Shown here piece after piece: positions 23,911-35,644 of a DNA stretch of 52,023 bases (position 1 is the stretch's first letter; each line of letters begins with the position of its first letter). Location: the NCBI GenBank assembly GCA_001662655.1, contig KV460267.1, one strand, 5' to 3'. The notes beneath the pieces are model-generated. The model did not search any database. It saw only the letters and a program-made list of their open reading frames with translations, and had not been told where the DNA came from. The translations under genes were made by a program, and so were the position numbers. Source of the DNA: Pseudogymnoascus verrucosus (taxonomy: Eukaryota).

Positions 23911-26031
23911 TTAATGCATTCCTCGTTCCCCTAGATTGTCCAAACATGAAATGATGAGCTTGCTGAGCTGCCACCGACTTCTGCGCTGGAAGACCTTCCT
24001 TGCCCATATCAAAGCTCGCTCCACGTCACCATCCTGAACACCGACGACTTGCATCGCCCCTGGTAACCCCATATTCACGAGCTGCCAGGCAATCAAAAAG
24101 GCCTTGTACGCGTACAAAATAATCCATGGGGCCTCTGAGTCTGGTGCGAGTGTCGTATCGAGATATCGTAGGAACCAGTCGACGTGTGGCTGGACGGCTC
24201 TGGCGGTGTTGGTGTCGCAGAAAAATTCATAGGAAAGTGCCAGGTAGGTCGACCGATTCAGCACAGCATCTATGCTTGCTTCCACAATGCCACCGGTGTG
24301 CGCTGGCGACCACATCTGGAGCTCAATCATGGCGGTCTCCCATGTTGCCGCCCATGTCACCTCGTTCGTGGCCTTTGCTATATCGGCTTGTGGACGGATA
24401 AAGGGCCTGAGTGCGACAAGTGATGACTTTAAGGCCCCTAATCTTTCCATACTAATAATTCCTGTCATTGTAGACCAGCCCGATATCTCGCGAGTACTAG
24501 AGATCAGAAATTGTGTAATGTTGATAGCTCCGTACGGGTCAAATGCTGGAATGGAGTTGAGGTCTCCATTGGGAGATAGAAAGCGCCGAACAGCATCTTC
24601 GTATTGCACCGAGGGGCCAGAATGCCTCGCAGCCAGCTGCCGATGCGCCCATTCAGCGGAGGAGGATGCTGCCCAGTGGTCTTCTGGGCATGGAAGGTCA
24701 TGCTTGATTTCCAAATGTGAGATCGAGCGAGGGATAGATAGGAACTGGTACCACAGCGTATCGATCTGATGCACGGCAAAGAGCGTTCGTTTGTGGGACT
24801 CAGCTTTAATAAACTCTTGCCACAGAGACTCTAGATCTTGGGTTGCGGCAGGCTCAATTGACAATGGGTGCATCATTCCTCCAGCTCGAGCAAGAGAAAT
24901 CATGCTGGTGTGCATCTTGGGGACATATGTGGAGTCATCACCGCAAAGATACATCATGGCACAGATCTGAAGTAGTAAATACGTCTGGGCCATCATAACA
25001 GTGTGTGTTAAACGATCCGCCCTCTCTTCGTTAGAGGTAATGAGAGCACGAGCTCGGTGGAAGCAGCGTGTAGACAAGATCACGCCTGATCCTACTTGAT
25101 CACCACATTCTGGATCCTCGCCGTGCTGGTAGGCAACGCAGAGAATGCTGAGGACCAAGTGAGGAGCAGCGAGAGTTACATCAAATGTTGGTTGGTGAAG
25201 AAAAGGGACAAAGTGTGAGACATGCGTAAAGAATAGATTGCAGCCCCGTGTAATCTGCTGGGCAGACGGAGACCAATTGTCCTGGAGCTGGGGTAGGTTA
25301 TTTGATAACACGCTCTCATAGATGTCTTGGTTGACATTGAAGCTCGCCAAGTTTGTGTCGAAAGAAGCAGACGGTGAGATGGTCTGCGGATGTAGTTGGG
25401 TGTCTACATGGTGGGCCGGTTTGAGAAAGGACGTTTCTAGTAGCAGGTTCCGTTCCAGGTTTGCAGTATCCTGTTCGATTTGGCAACTGCAAGTCGACTC
25501 ACTCATCGACTGTTGGTGCGTGAGTGGATCTATACTAAGCTGGCCTTTATCTCCAGTGCTAGTAGGTGCGTTAGTTGCAAGATTTGTGCTTTCTGCGTAG
25601 TGGTCATAATCGAACTGATGTTGCGCATACCATAATGCCGTGTGCCAAATCCTGCTAGCCATCTCCAGTTCACCTTCGTTTCCGAAACGCTGACGGAGTA
25701 AGCCATCTTGGCTCTTTGCTTGAGGGCTCCCTGCTTGAGAGCTCCCTGCTTGAGAGCTCCCTGCTTGAGGGCTCCATCCTTCACTGCCTTGTCTGAGCGC
25801 CGGTGGGTCGCGATGTGGCCTAGTAGTCCGTCTCTGTTCGTGCTCTAGGTGTTTTCTCTTCATATGGCGATAGTGTAGATCGGGACGTGAGAAAGAAGCC
25901 TGGCAAAATTCACAGGGAAGCGAGGCCTCGCCCTGGGAACGAGAATGAAGCGCAGCATGTCGCTTGAGGTTCTCATGTCGGGTAAAGCGGACTAGACAGA
26001 TCAGGCATTGGAATGGCTGATAGGACGGCAT
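23911..26031 (-). CDS. C2H2 zinc-finger transcription factor with fungal-specific TF domain
   Basis: Two fingers (CLIC...HAALH; CEFC...HMKRKH), then PFLHQPTF, ESHKRT and LPCPEDHW; 706 aa, intronless. Confidence 0.92.
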   Translation of the reverse strand: MPSYQPFQCLICLVRFTRHENLKRHAALHSRSQGEASLPCEFCQASFSRPDLHYRHMKRKHLEHEQRRTTRPHRDPPALRQGSEGWSPQAGSSQAGSSQAGSPQAKSQDGLLRQRFGNEGELEMASRIWHTALWYAQHQFDYDHYAESTNLATNAPTSTGDKGQLSIDPLTHQQSMSESTCSCQIEQDTANLERNLLLETSFLKPAHHVDTQLHPQTISPSASFDTNLASFNVNQDIYESVLSNNLPQLQDNWSPSAQQITRGCNLFFTHVSHFVPFLHQPTFDVTLAAPHLVLSILCVAYQHGEDPECGDQVGSGVILSTRCFHRARALITSNEERADRLTHTVMMAQTYLLLQICAMMYLCGDDSTYVPKMHTSMISLARAGGMMHPLSIEPAATQDLESLWQEFIKAESHKRTLFAVHQIDTLWYQFLSIPRSISHLEIKHDLPCPEDHWAASSSAEWAHRQLAARHSGPSVQYEDAVRRFLSPNGDLNSIPAFDPYGAINITQFLISSTREISGWSTMTGIISMERLGALKSSLVALRPFIRPQADIAKATNEVTWAATWETAMIELQMWSPAHTGGIVEASIDAVLNRSTYLALSYEFFCDTNTARAVQPHVDWFLRYLDTTLAPDSEAPWIILYAYKAFLIAWQLVNMGLPGAMQVVGVQDGDVERALIWARKVFQRRSRWQLSKLIISCLDNLGERGMH
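25718..25775 (+). repeat. 15-bp coding tandem repeat (about 4 copies) encoding SPQAG/SSQAG in the C2H2 factor
   Basis: GCTTGAG(A/G)GCTCCCT repeated. Confidence 0.9.
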
Positions 26032-26303
26032 TCCTCTGTTGGTGCGAGAGACAGAGATGATAGAAGCGCGTGTAGCTGTCCGACGGTGTCCAACGGTGTC
26101 GGACGGTGTATCGTGGTCCCAAGGAGCCTAGACAGTCCAGACGGAGAAACTCCGGGGTACAGCGCCACCCCCGCAATACGCGTGCAAGATCTCCAAACAG
26201 GATAACACTAGCTACAATTTGCGCCCTCCGACTATTCCTCTGCCTTCCTGCGTCCGTCAGAATAGATAACAGCTTTAGTAAAACAGCTAGCCAGAAAACG
26301 GAC

Positions 26304-26341
26304 GACGTTATCAGGACGTTATCAAGACGTTATCAGATAAG
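26304..26341. promoter_or_regulatory. GATA-box cluster between the divergent C2H2 factor and SDR genes
   Basis: GACGTTATCA at 26304, 26315 and 26326 (TGATAA on minus), followed by GATAAG at 26336. Confidence 0.5.
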
Positions 26342-26608
26342 TAAGTGTTGGAGGATTGGCCGTGCACGCGGGATTCCGTAATAGCCGTTAGCCCACATTC
26401 CCATCGTTAGATCGGGTACGTCGCATTGAATACCGGGACTAGTGTTAGTTGTGCGGGGTTAATTTGAAATATTTCTGCTCTGTATCTTTAATATCTTAAG
26501 ATGATTGCAATCTAAAAAATTTCAAGAAGTTCGCTAATTTAGTTGCCGCCAAGTTATTTTCTTTATAACCAGTGAAGCATTTTAAGGCAGAAGCTAACTT
26601 AAGCAAAT

Positions 26609-27537
26609 ATGGCGGATAACAAAATCGAGGGCCGACTGGCTCTAGTCACTGGAGCATCTGGGGGGTGAGCAATTGCTACGAGCTCTAAGATATACTTACT
26701 AGTGTCGCTGACCGTTTTCCTTGCAGTATTGGTGAAGCTTGCGCAAGGAAGTTAGCATCTTGTGGCGTCAACCTTGCGTTAACATACTCTACGTCTAAAG
26801 ACAAGATTGATGCACTCGTAGCAAGTCTCGATGAGATAAGCAACGGCTTGCGAATAACGATTCACAAGGCTGATATGGGATCTGTGGAAGATATTGCAAA
26901 CATGTTCAAAGAGATCCAAGAGCAACATAAAGCTCCAATCGATGTCCTAGTCAGCAATGCTGGGTACGGAAAGAGAATCGTGGATATCTCGTGAGGAAAC
27001 AACGATACACGTCAACGTATAAGAATAATAACTAAAGATTCTACAGTGAAATACCACTAGACGAATTCGAATACACAATGAACGTCAACCTCCGTGCTTC
27101 CTTCCTCCTCGTGAAGGGCGTCGTAGAAGGCATGAAAGCCCAAAAGTGGGGTCGCATTATCTTCGTCTCATCAATAGCAGCATATGGTGGTGGAATCAAC
27201 GGTTGCCGTATGTTCTTTCGTCACACATCCTCCCTCATCATACATTGACACCCCTTTCTTCTTAGACTACGCAGCAAGCAAAGGTGGCCTCATGGGCATG
27301 ATGAAGAACCTATCAAGCGGACTAGCACAGTACAACATCTCAGTCAACGATGTGGCACCTGCCATGATTGGAGCAACAGGCATGATCCCGAATCCTGAGG
27401 CGGTGCCAGGTGTAATTGAGACGATCCCATTAGGAAGATTTGGGCAGCCAGATGAGGTAGCAAACGTAGTTGAGATGTTTGCTAAGACCGGTTATTGCAC
27501 TGGACAGAGTTTGGTTGTTGCTGGTGGATTGAAGTGA
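26609..27537 (+). CDS. Classical short-chain dehydrogenase/reductase (FabG-like)
   Basis: Four exons. LVTGASGGIG, SNAG, GRIIFVSS, YAASK, IPLGRFGQPDEVA, TGQSLVVAGG. Confidence 0.92.
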
Positions 27538-27859
27538 GTAGTTTTTATAGCAAGTACAATGTATATCTCTTCCTATAGGTACGGAATGAAATACTGCGAA
27601 TGCTTGTTTATTTGTAACTCTCTATGTAGCTTTTTTTAACAGGTCTATACATTCCATGAAGCTCCACCCTCACAGTTTCCAAGGGTGGTGCCAATCACTA
27701 TTTCTGGGAGCCACAGGTCCAGCAGGCGGACGAGAAACCTCGTTTTATGTCCAAAATTAATGTGTTCTACGCGGAGGACGATCGATGCATCCGCCTAGAA
27801 GACATAGGACAGGAATGTGAAAGTGGGAGCTAGGCTCTTTATACTATTTTCACCCACTA

Positions 27860-27940
27860 GATACCCTGCTCACCCTACTTACCCTGCTCACCTTTGCTCA
27901 CCTTTGCCCACCCTGCTCACCCTGCTCGCCCTCTCACCAT
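27860..27940 (+). repeat. Degenerate 9-10 bp tandem repeat (ACCCTGCTC-like)
   Basis: About seven imperfect copies directly upstream of the ABC fragment. Confidence 0.75.
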
Positions 27941-28004
27941 ACTTACCTATGACCATCTAATGTCGAGGCGAGGTGCAACGCGTCGCAAGTTGAGACCCAC
28001 ATAT

Positions 28005-29188
28005 TGTGGTTGAGGTGGTCCCATCACGACACTAGATTGACTGGGTCGATGCCTGGAACAACTCGCCTGAACGTAAGGAAGTCAAAAGTCAGCTCGCGAT
28101 CATGAAAGCTGAGCTCTCTGTCAAACCACTCGCGAACGAGAACCCGGCCGCACTCAACGAATACGCTGCGCCATTTTCTTCCCAACTTCCAGTAGTTTTG
28201 ACTCGAGTCTTTGAACAGTACTGGCGGACGCCCGCTTATCTGTACTCAAAGCTCCTCTTAGCCACTGCTGCGTCACTATTCATAGGTTTTTCATTCTAGG
28301 ACACACCCGTGTTGCTCCAGGGATCTCAGGGTCAACTGTTCAGCATCTTTATGCTCTTCACCATCTTCGGGAATCTCGTACAGCAAATCATGTCCCACTT
28401 CGTAACGCAACGTTCTCTATACGAAGTCCGCGAACGGCCGTCGAAAACCTATTCTTGGCAGGTCTTTATCACTAGCAATGTCATCGTTGAACTTCCATGG
28501 AACACCCTCGCCGCTGCACTGATTTTCTTCTGCTTCTACTACCCTATCGGGATGTACAAGGATGTAGTCGCAGCTGATCAAACGACTGAGAGAGGTGGAC
28601 TCTTCTTCCTCTTCATCTGGGTCTTCCTCATGTTTACCTCGACTTTCACTGATCTCGTGATCGCCGGGATTGAAACTGCCGAGGAAGGCGGTAATATCGC
28701 TAACATGCTCTTTTCTATGTGTCTGATCTTCTGCGGTGTACTTGCGAGTCCTAAACGCCCTACCGGGCTTCTGGATCTGGACGTATCGTATCAGTCCATT
28801 TACGTATTTAGTAGATGGCATTCTTTCTACTGGATTAGCTAATACGGTCGTCACATGCTCTGATATCGAATTTCTCCATTTTGATCCTTCGAATGGCAGT
28901 ACTTGTGGGGAATATTTGAAAGACTATATCTCGACATCCGGTGGATACTTGCTGAACCCTGAAGCGGCTGCAGATTGTCAATTTTGCTCCATTAGAGATA
29001 CAAATTCTTTGCTTGCGGGGATTAATTTGAGTTATGACTTGCGGTGGAGGAATTTCGGCATCATTTGGGCGTTTATCGTTTTCAATGTGTGTGGAGCATT
29101 TTTGATGTACTGGTGGGTTCGCGTCCCAAAGCCGAAAGGGGAGGAGCAGGATGCGCCAATTGTCCCAGCTACTAGTAGCGACGCATAA
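28005..29188 (+). pseudogene. PDR/ABCG transporter, C-terminal TMD2 fragment
   Basis: FEQYWRTPAY, LYEVRERPSKTYSW, VELPWN, IFCGVL, SPFTYLV, CQFC, WRNFGI. In-frame TAG at 28297 and a frameshift near 28750; NBDs and TMD1 are absent. Confidence 0.9.
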
Positions 29189-29706
29189 GAGTTGTCCGGT
29201 TAACTTTATGCTTAACTACTACAGATTTACAGTTCAGTTCATCTTAGGTATTTAAAATAGTAAGCGCTTTAATTGGATCTTTTTCCTTTGTTAGGATAAT
29301 TAAGAGAAAAGGGTGAATTAGTAGGGGGAAATGCTGTTGTTAGCTATATATAAAATTGAGCAAGACCTAAGAAGGTATAACTGTTAGATAAATAAACTAG
29401 TTGTTTCTTAATTAGCTCTTTAGATTAGTAGTATACTCTACATCCTAATTATGTGCCTATAACTTAAGAAACCTTTATATAGTAATATTACATGTACAAT
29501 CAACTTGTTGCCCCCCTTACCGAAATGTGGTATTGTACAACATGCTTACATACTAAAGATCACATTTAATAAAACTAAAGGCGAAATATACGAAGACAAC
29601 AAGAGAGCGTGATATTTAGAAATTAGCATCGGACCGTACTGGGGTGTATTTCGCAGGTCGCCGTTTCCCATCATCCACACAATCCAAGCTACCTAATTAG
29701 ACCGCA

Positions 29707-31482
29707 CTACTTGTTGCTAGCATTCTCAACATTGAGAGCGATTTCCTTCTCAATAACTTCCTGGATGCGATGTTCAAGGTCATTAACAGCAAATAAATCC
29801 CTCTTCATAGTTGGCACGAACCATGAGGAGCCACTAAACAGGATATTCATCTCTTCTAGTGGACGCTTTGCAGTCTCAGGCATGAAGGCCCAGAAAAAGA
29901 CTGCGTTAGTAAAATTGCAAACCACGAAGACGAGGAAGTAACGCCAGCTGATGTCGTTGATTGCGGGGCTAGTCACTTGTCCGATCATTGTATTGAAGGC
30001 AAAGGAGACCATGACACTGATTGATACGCCCTTAGAGCGCGTCTTGGTATCGAAAATCTCAGCGGGGATAATCCAGGAGAGGGAACCGCAAGTAAAAGAG
30101 AAAGATATCTGGTATATCCAGTTGACCACGATGAAGGCCCAGCCAAGACTTGTTTGGCGTGATGGCGACGCGGATGGGAAAGTGGCGATAGCTGCTGTGA
30201 CAATGATGAAACAGACGCAGTTGACGAGATTTCCGCAGATTAAGGGCCATCGCCTACCTAGACGATCGATAAACAAGATAGTGCACAACTGCGCTAGGAT
30301 AGATAGAACATTGCTTATTCCCTGGTACTTGAGAGCATCTGTTGTGCCGATGTTGATGGTTTTGTAGATCTCAGGTGAGAAGTACTGGATCGCAGAAACA
30401 CCTGTCATTTGTACGGAAGCTTGAAGAGCAGTCGTGAGAACTAAACGACGGAAGCTTGATTTGTTGGTAAACAGCTCCTTGTACCCTTTAGCTCCGTGTT
30501 CTTGGTCGAAAGTGATCGCCTCCTGAATCTGCTCAAACTCTGCTCTCACCCAGGCATCACTTTGGTCGTTGCTCGAATGGAGCTGAGCAAGCGTCTGAAG
30601 CCCCTCCTCTCTCTTGCCGTTGACAATGAGCCATCTCGGAGATTCAGGGAAGAGGAGAATTAGTAGGGCCAGGACTGCAGCAGGTACCACTTGAATCACA
30701 AGAGGGATACGCCATTGATTGTTATCTGTACTGGCAAGATGAAGGTTCGTCCCATATGCAATCCACACTATAAAAACCATCAGTAGGAGTAAGATGCGAT
30801 GTTTCAGTAAGATAAGATATCTTACCAGCAACAGCAGCTCCAATGCCTAACATGAATTGTTGCAGTCCCGTAATACGGCCACGGATTAGAGGATGTGCGA
30901 TTTCAGCTTGATACAGAGGGATGATCATGACTAGGAATCCGACTCCTAATCCTGCAAGAGCGCGTCCTGAATAGAAGTAGTCGATATTTCGAGCACCAGA
31001 TTGCATGCCACCGCCCAAACACACCATGACGGCACCGATGAGTATAACGATCCTTCGACCAAACCAATCACCAATTGGTCCAGCGAAAAGAGCTCCGAAG
31101 AAGGCACCACCAGTAAAAAGCGATACAACAGCGCCGCTACAGCCCTGTCAGTAAAATTTCATCGTACGTGTCTCTCAACTTGAGGAGGGCCTACACTTGG
31201 TTTGGATTTGGATCATTGAATTCACGGACGAATGCTTTAGAAGCAACCACTCCTCCAATAACACCAAGGTCATATCTATTAATACTCAGTCAACATTGTC
31301 ACTCTGGCGTGAATTGATTGAGCAAGTTTTGTGTTAACGCTTATGATGCCCACGTACCCAAAAAGGAATGACCCTAGCGATGCAAAGACACCGACCAAAA
31401 ACTGTTCAAAGGCGTTAGTAAAGAAGTGTCGATTTAGTAGATAGAGATAGTTCACTTGGTATGTTCGCGGTTTGATCGTCAT
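29707..31482 (-). CDS. Sugar porter (MFS hexose/pentose transporter)
   Basis: Five exons. GSFLFGYDLG, DWFGRR, PLYQAEIA..RGR, PESPRWL, QMTG, DRLGRR, PAEIF, PETAKRPLEEM. Confidence 0.93.
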
Positions 31483-32621
31483 CTTAGTGGGCTGTGGCTC
31501 TTCCTCTTTGATTCTAATTTCAAATCTGAAGAGATATATACCGGGGGTTGGGAATATATTTTATGTATAAATGTAGATGTAATGTAGCACAATGCAATGA
31601 GCGAAAGCTTCAAATACTTCGCAAAGAAAGAAGAAGGCGAGTGTTGTTCCGTACCGTGCTGTGCTGCGTTGCACAAGAATCTGCTGTGTTCGATAATATA
31701 TGTAAGTTAATGGGAATGAAATGAGATGTCCGGTTATATACTGCTGAGCTGAGAATTTAGCCCATACACGCTAATTCCGAAGTGTAAAATCCAATAGCTG
31801 GCATGAAGAAACCAACAGCTTCAGGATACCAAACCGAAAGTTACACCTCGATAAATGTGGGTGGGGATCAAAACAGCCTCAAAAACCTCGGCTTTATTCA
31901 TGTATCATTGGTTCATACGCCGTCGGGACCTGGAGATCATACATACCTTGTTGCATCACTAGCTTAGAAGCCGCTGTATACTGCATGGGTGACTAGGGGC
32001 TGGGCAGCTTTCGTACTCGCTCTAATCATGAAATTAACTTGGAACGGACTTTTATTGGCGCTCGTATCAGGCCTTAAAGTATCAATCCCCGGCAAGTACA
32101 TGTACTGTAGGTTCAAGTGAGCCTTGAATCAGTGCGGGGTAAGGTATTCGATAACTACAGTGGCAAAAGCCACTTTTAGCGGCGCAAGGGTTCATTACAT
32201 ATGGAGGGAACGCCAAAATCCAATTCATGGATCAGACTAAGGAGTAATCTTATACGGAAACAAAACATTTTAAATGGTGGACAAAGCTAGACTTGAGTAA
32301 CATGTGACTGCTGTCATGTGGTGTTAACTTGAAAGTATTGCGTGGCTTACTCGCCCGCCCGGATATCGGTTTTAGGTACCTTTACATTCATGGTCTATCT
32401 GTTGCTTTAAATTTTAATAAGATCTTCCAATTTTCGCAGAACGTTTGGGCACAGCAGGTTGGGTGTAAGAACGTGACCTGGCTTGGGCCGTGAGCCAGTT
32501 GGAGGCGATCGGCTGTGACCGTGGACTCGTAGCGAAAAGAGTTATGTATCCCACCCACGGCATAGTTATCATAGAATAGGACAGAACACCACAGCTTACA
32601 GCACAGTGTAGGTAATAGCTT

Positions 32622-32875
32622 CAATTGACTACATTAATCTATCTATGGGCCCTACGTACTATAGGTAGGCCGCATCGTAAGCCTAGCTAAAGCCCCAAAC
32701 CGGTGATCAAATCGGCCTGACTACTGGAATAGGAGCACCACCGTAGAATACAGTAATCGTGGAGTATGTAGGAATTGGGTCAATTGAACAACTAACTATC
32801 TACCGGGCCTTCGTACTATTTGTAGACCTGGATCCTGGTGCTAGCTCAGGCCCAGAGCTGGTTGATCAACTCAAC
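32622..32875 (+). repeat. Degenerate direct repeat, about 90 bp x2
   Basis: CAATTGA...CTATCTA..GGGCC..CGTACTAT...TGATCAA at about 32622 and 32781. Confidence 0.6.
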
Positions 32876-32951
32876 TCAAACGCTCGGCTTCGCCCCAGGT
32901 ACGCCCAACTGCGCTGAAGCTGGCGGCGAAGCTGGTGGGAGGCAAGGCTTG

Positions 32952-32999
32952 GTACAGCGACTATTGACTGGGAGCTGGCTTGATCAATTGTCGCTGTAC
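32952..32999. mobile_element. 48-bp hairpin with TA-CAG...CTG-TA ends (possible miniature Tc1/mariner relic)
   Basis: Arms GTACAGCGACTATTGA and TCAATTGTCGCTGTAC, 15 of 16 complementary. Confidence 0.4.
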
Positions 33000-33171
33000 T
33001 AATATAAGATCGCCAGCCCTCATTGTATCTAGTTATTTCCTGTGCCTCCGTGACCAGGACACTAAAGCGCCAGTGAGGAGCTGGATCGGACTATGACGCC
33101 GGGAATACGTTGTCGCACATGTTCCAAACAAAAATTCGTACTTTTCATATTCATACATCTCAAGCTGCTGA

Positions 33172-34862
33172 CTACTCCAATAAAGGAAAGCTTGTGAACC
33201 GTCCTTGCTCAGTAAGCTTTTGAGTCTCGGAAGAGAAGATTTGGAGGTCATCTGCTGTTGTAAATGCGCCAATTGACCAAACCTTTTCCTCAATAGGCAA
33301 TGCATGCTCGATCAAAAAACGAATCATCCACCGATTAAGCGTGTGAGTATGTTGATTCGCCGATATAAGGCACATGTTTTGGAATATCTCTAGACGGTTG
33401 ATCTTCCAAAACCTTAGTCTCCGTTCAAACGAGTTAGGGTAAGAAGAGGGAACGGGGTGTTCTGTACCATTGATTTTAGAGCTGGCCAGTATTGTTCCAA
33501 CTCGATTAGTGCCTCAAAATTGGCGTTTAGGCTATTACGAGCGGTCGATATCTGGTCCTCGTCTCCGAATAGGAGTGTGTGCACCAGTACTGAGGACGAC
33601 ACGACGGCCATATGAGCTACAGTGAGATACACTGCTTCGAAACCTTCATGTTCTCGCGCGAACCTTAACAGCTCGCTATAGCGAAAGGCGTGATGTTTGC
33701 AGCGCTCTGCGTAAAACCTCGCTTCATGCGAGGCCTGCCTAGCATCGAGGTAATGAAAATGTAGCAGAGTTGAATAATGGTGAAATCCTAAATGCAAGGC
33801 AACGAATGCTCCGCCTGTGTTGCGATTCTTGTGTACTTCGAGATTTTCTTCAGTTAGCTTCGTATCTGGTGGAAGCATCTCTTCCCACAGGTCGAGTTTG
33901 CACGAGAGGTTATGCGTAGCTCTGTCTACGTCGATTTCGTCAAGATCATCTTCGACAATGCGTCGACTTAGGTCCTGGATTGGCCCAAAGAGATCCACGA
34001 GAGTAATCATATGCGCCCATAAACCTGGCTTATAGGGAGTATCCAGAACTTTCTGATTAATGGCGAGTGTGTGAAATGTAGTCTCATCCATGGGCAGATC
34101 AGTTGGTCGGTCGCAGTCGCTGATTTGGCGTGGAAGACTGATACCAGACGAGTACCACCGGTCCGCCATAAAGAGGGTCCACCAAATTCTCTTCTTAGTT
34201 TCGCAAACAACCACTGAATCACTAAGTTTAAAAACAGTGAGTTGCATTATTTGAGCCATGCTGATGGCGATTCCTGTGCGCTGACTTAGTATTACACATA
34301 GAATTCACTATGGGGTAGAATTTGGCTGCAGCTCACGAAAGAAGAGCGCCTCCGACGAGGGCTTTGCAACAGCCGCACATAAATTGGCGATCAATATACA
34401 AGTCTGAATGCCCTCAAGACAGATATTCTCCAAGTCAGCTAGGATCAGACGTTTCGATTCAGCCGTCAATTGCTCCTCGAGCAAGCAAATCTCAGGATCT
34501 GCGGAAAATCTCGAGCCTAAGCTGCAAATCGCAAGAAGCAGTGCTTTGTTGACTTCTCTGTTTTGGACCTGCTTCCGCAGCGTGGGTAGATGGAAGAGGC
34601 TATGCGGCCTGTCATGGAGCTTATTGATGTAATGCTCAACGAGCCCGACAATGACTTCTTGTGGGAGGTCGAAACTGTCCTGCGTTGGCGAGTGACCGTC
34701 TTGGCCCCGGCTAGGTAACAAGTCTGCATCTCGAGTCATTTTCATGCCCTTGGAACAAGGAACTTGTCTCTTTCGACATTGTGCGCACGGTTTATTGATG
34801 TCAACGCGGGAGCATTTCCGTTTTGCAAAGCGACATTGTTTACATGCTCTCCAACCCGCCAT
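33172..34862 (-). CDS. Zn(II)2Cys6 transcription factor with fungal TF domain
   Basis: ACKQCRFAKRKC...CAQCRKRQVPC; introns 34274-34335 and 33403-33467; ETKKRIWWTLFMADRW. Confidence 0.93.
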
Positions 34863-35644
34863 TTCTTACGCATTTGGGGGGTATTCGTGGGTAGTTTATG
34901 AATTTCTAGACGGTAATAGGTTTGTAAACTGCAGGAAACTGGCAACAGCATTTAGCGTAATGTTAGGCGCACAGGCCAGAATTACAAGTGTGCAACTAAA
35001 CTGCGGGGTTTAGTGCCATCACACCTAAAGAGGATGTGTTAGGCTAGAGAAACTCGTGATATGCGTGCTATATATGTGATTGGTGTAACTCGTACCTACT
35101 AACTTAAACAGGAGAATATGTCCCTGTTAGCGTCGATCAGCTAACTAGAGCGATTCAGCAGTTTTCGACAGCCTTCGGCTTAACACTACCTCATTCGGCC
35201 TTGCTAAGTAATACTAGAGTAGATTAGTAATAGAGCATATGCAGACTAATCTAGTGCTTACTATAGTCTACTATAACTCCTAGTTAGGTAATATAAATCA
35301 ACTGAGGCTAAAGAAGCTGTGATTTTAGTGATTTCTAACAATTTAATAAAGTTTTCTAATTTAGTAGCATTGGTTCTATTTAACAGAGACTAACACTTAC
35401 ATCCGTAAGCTAGATGCGTTTTAACTACGTTTGATGCAGAGCTACTTATTTAATGTATGGAGGGTTATATCGAACAGCATTGGACTATTACTTGGTGATA
35501 CAGAACAGCTTTTTTAGAACCTAGCAAATTACTATACGCTGTCCAAAATCCTCTACAAGTCATAGGTCCTTATTTATCTCGAAATGCTACCCTAATATCG
35601 ACTCGTAACGAACAGTAAGGAAACAAAGAAGTAAGAGCTCGCCT

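Noticed and set aside
20467..26031. Recent bacterial transfer inferred from three intronless genes
   Set aside because: The MFS and the C2H2 factor belong to fungal families and linked genes have introns; lack of introns alone is not evidence.
15274..27537. Secondary-metabolite biosynthetic cluster
   Set aside because: No PKS, NRPS or terpene synthase; the only adenylating enzyme is a pseudogene and the gene set reads as catabolic.
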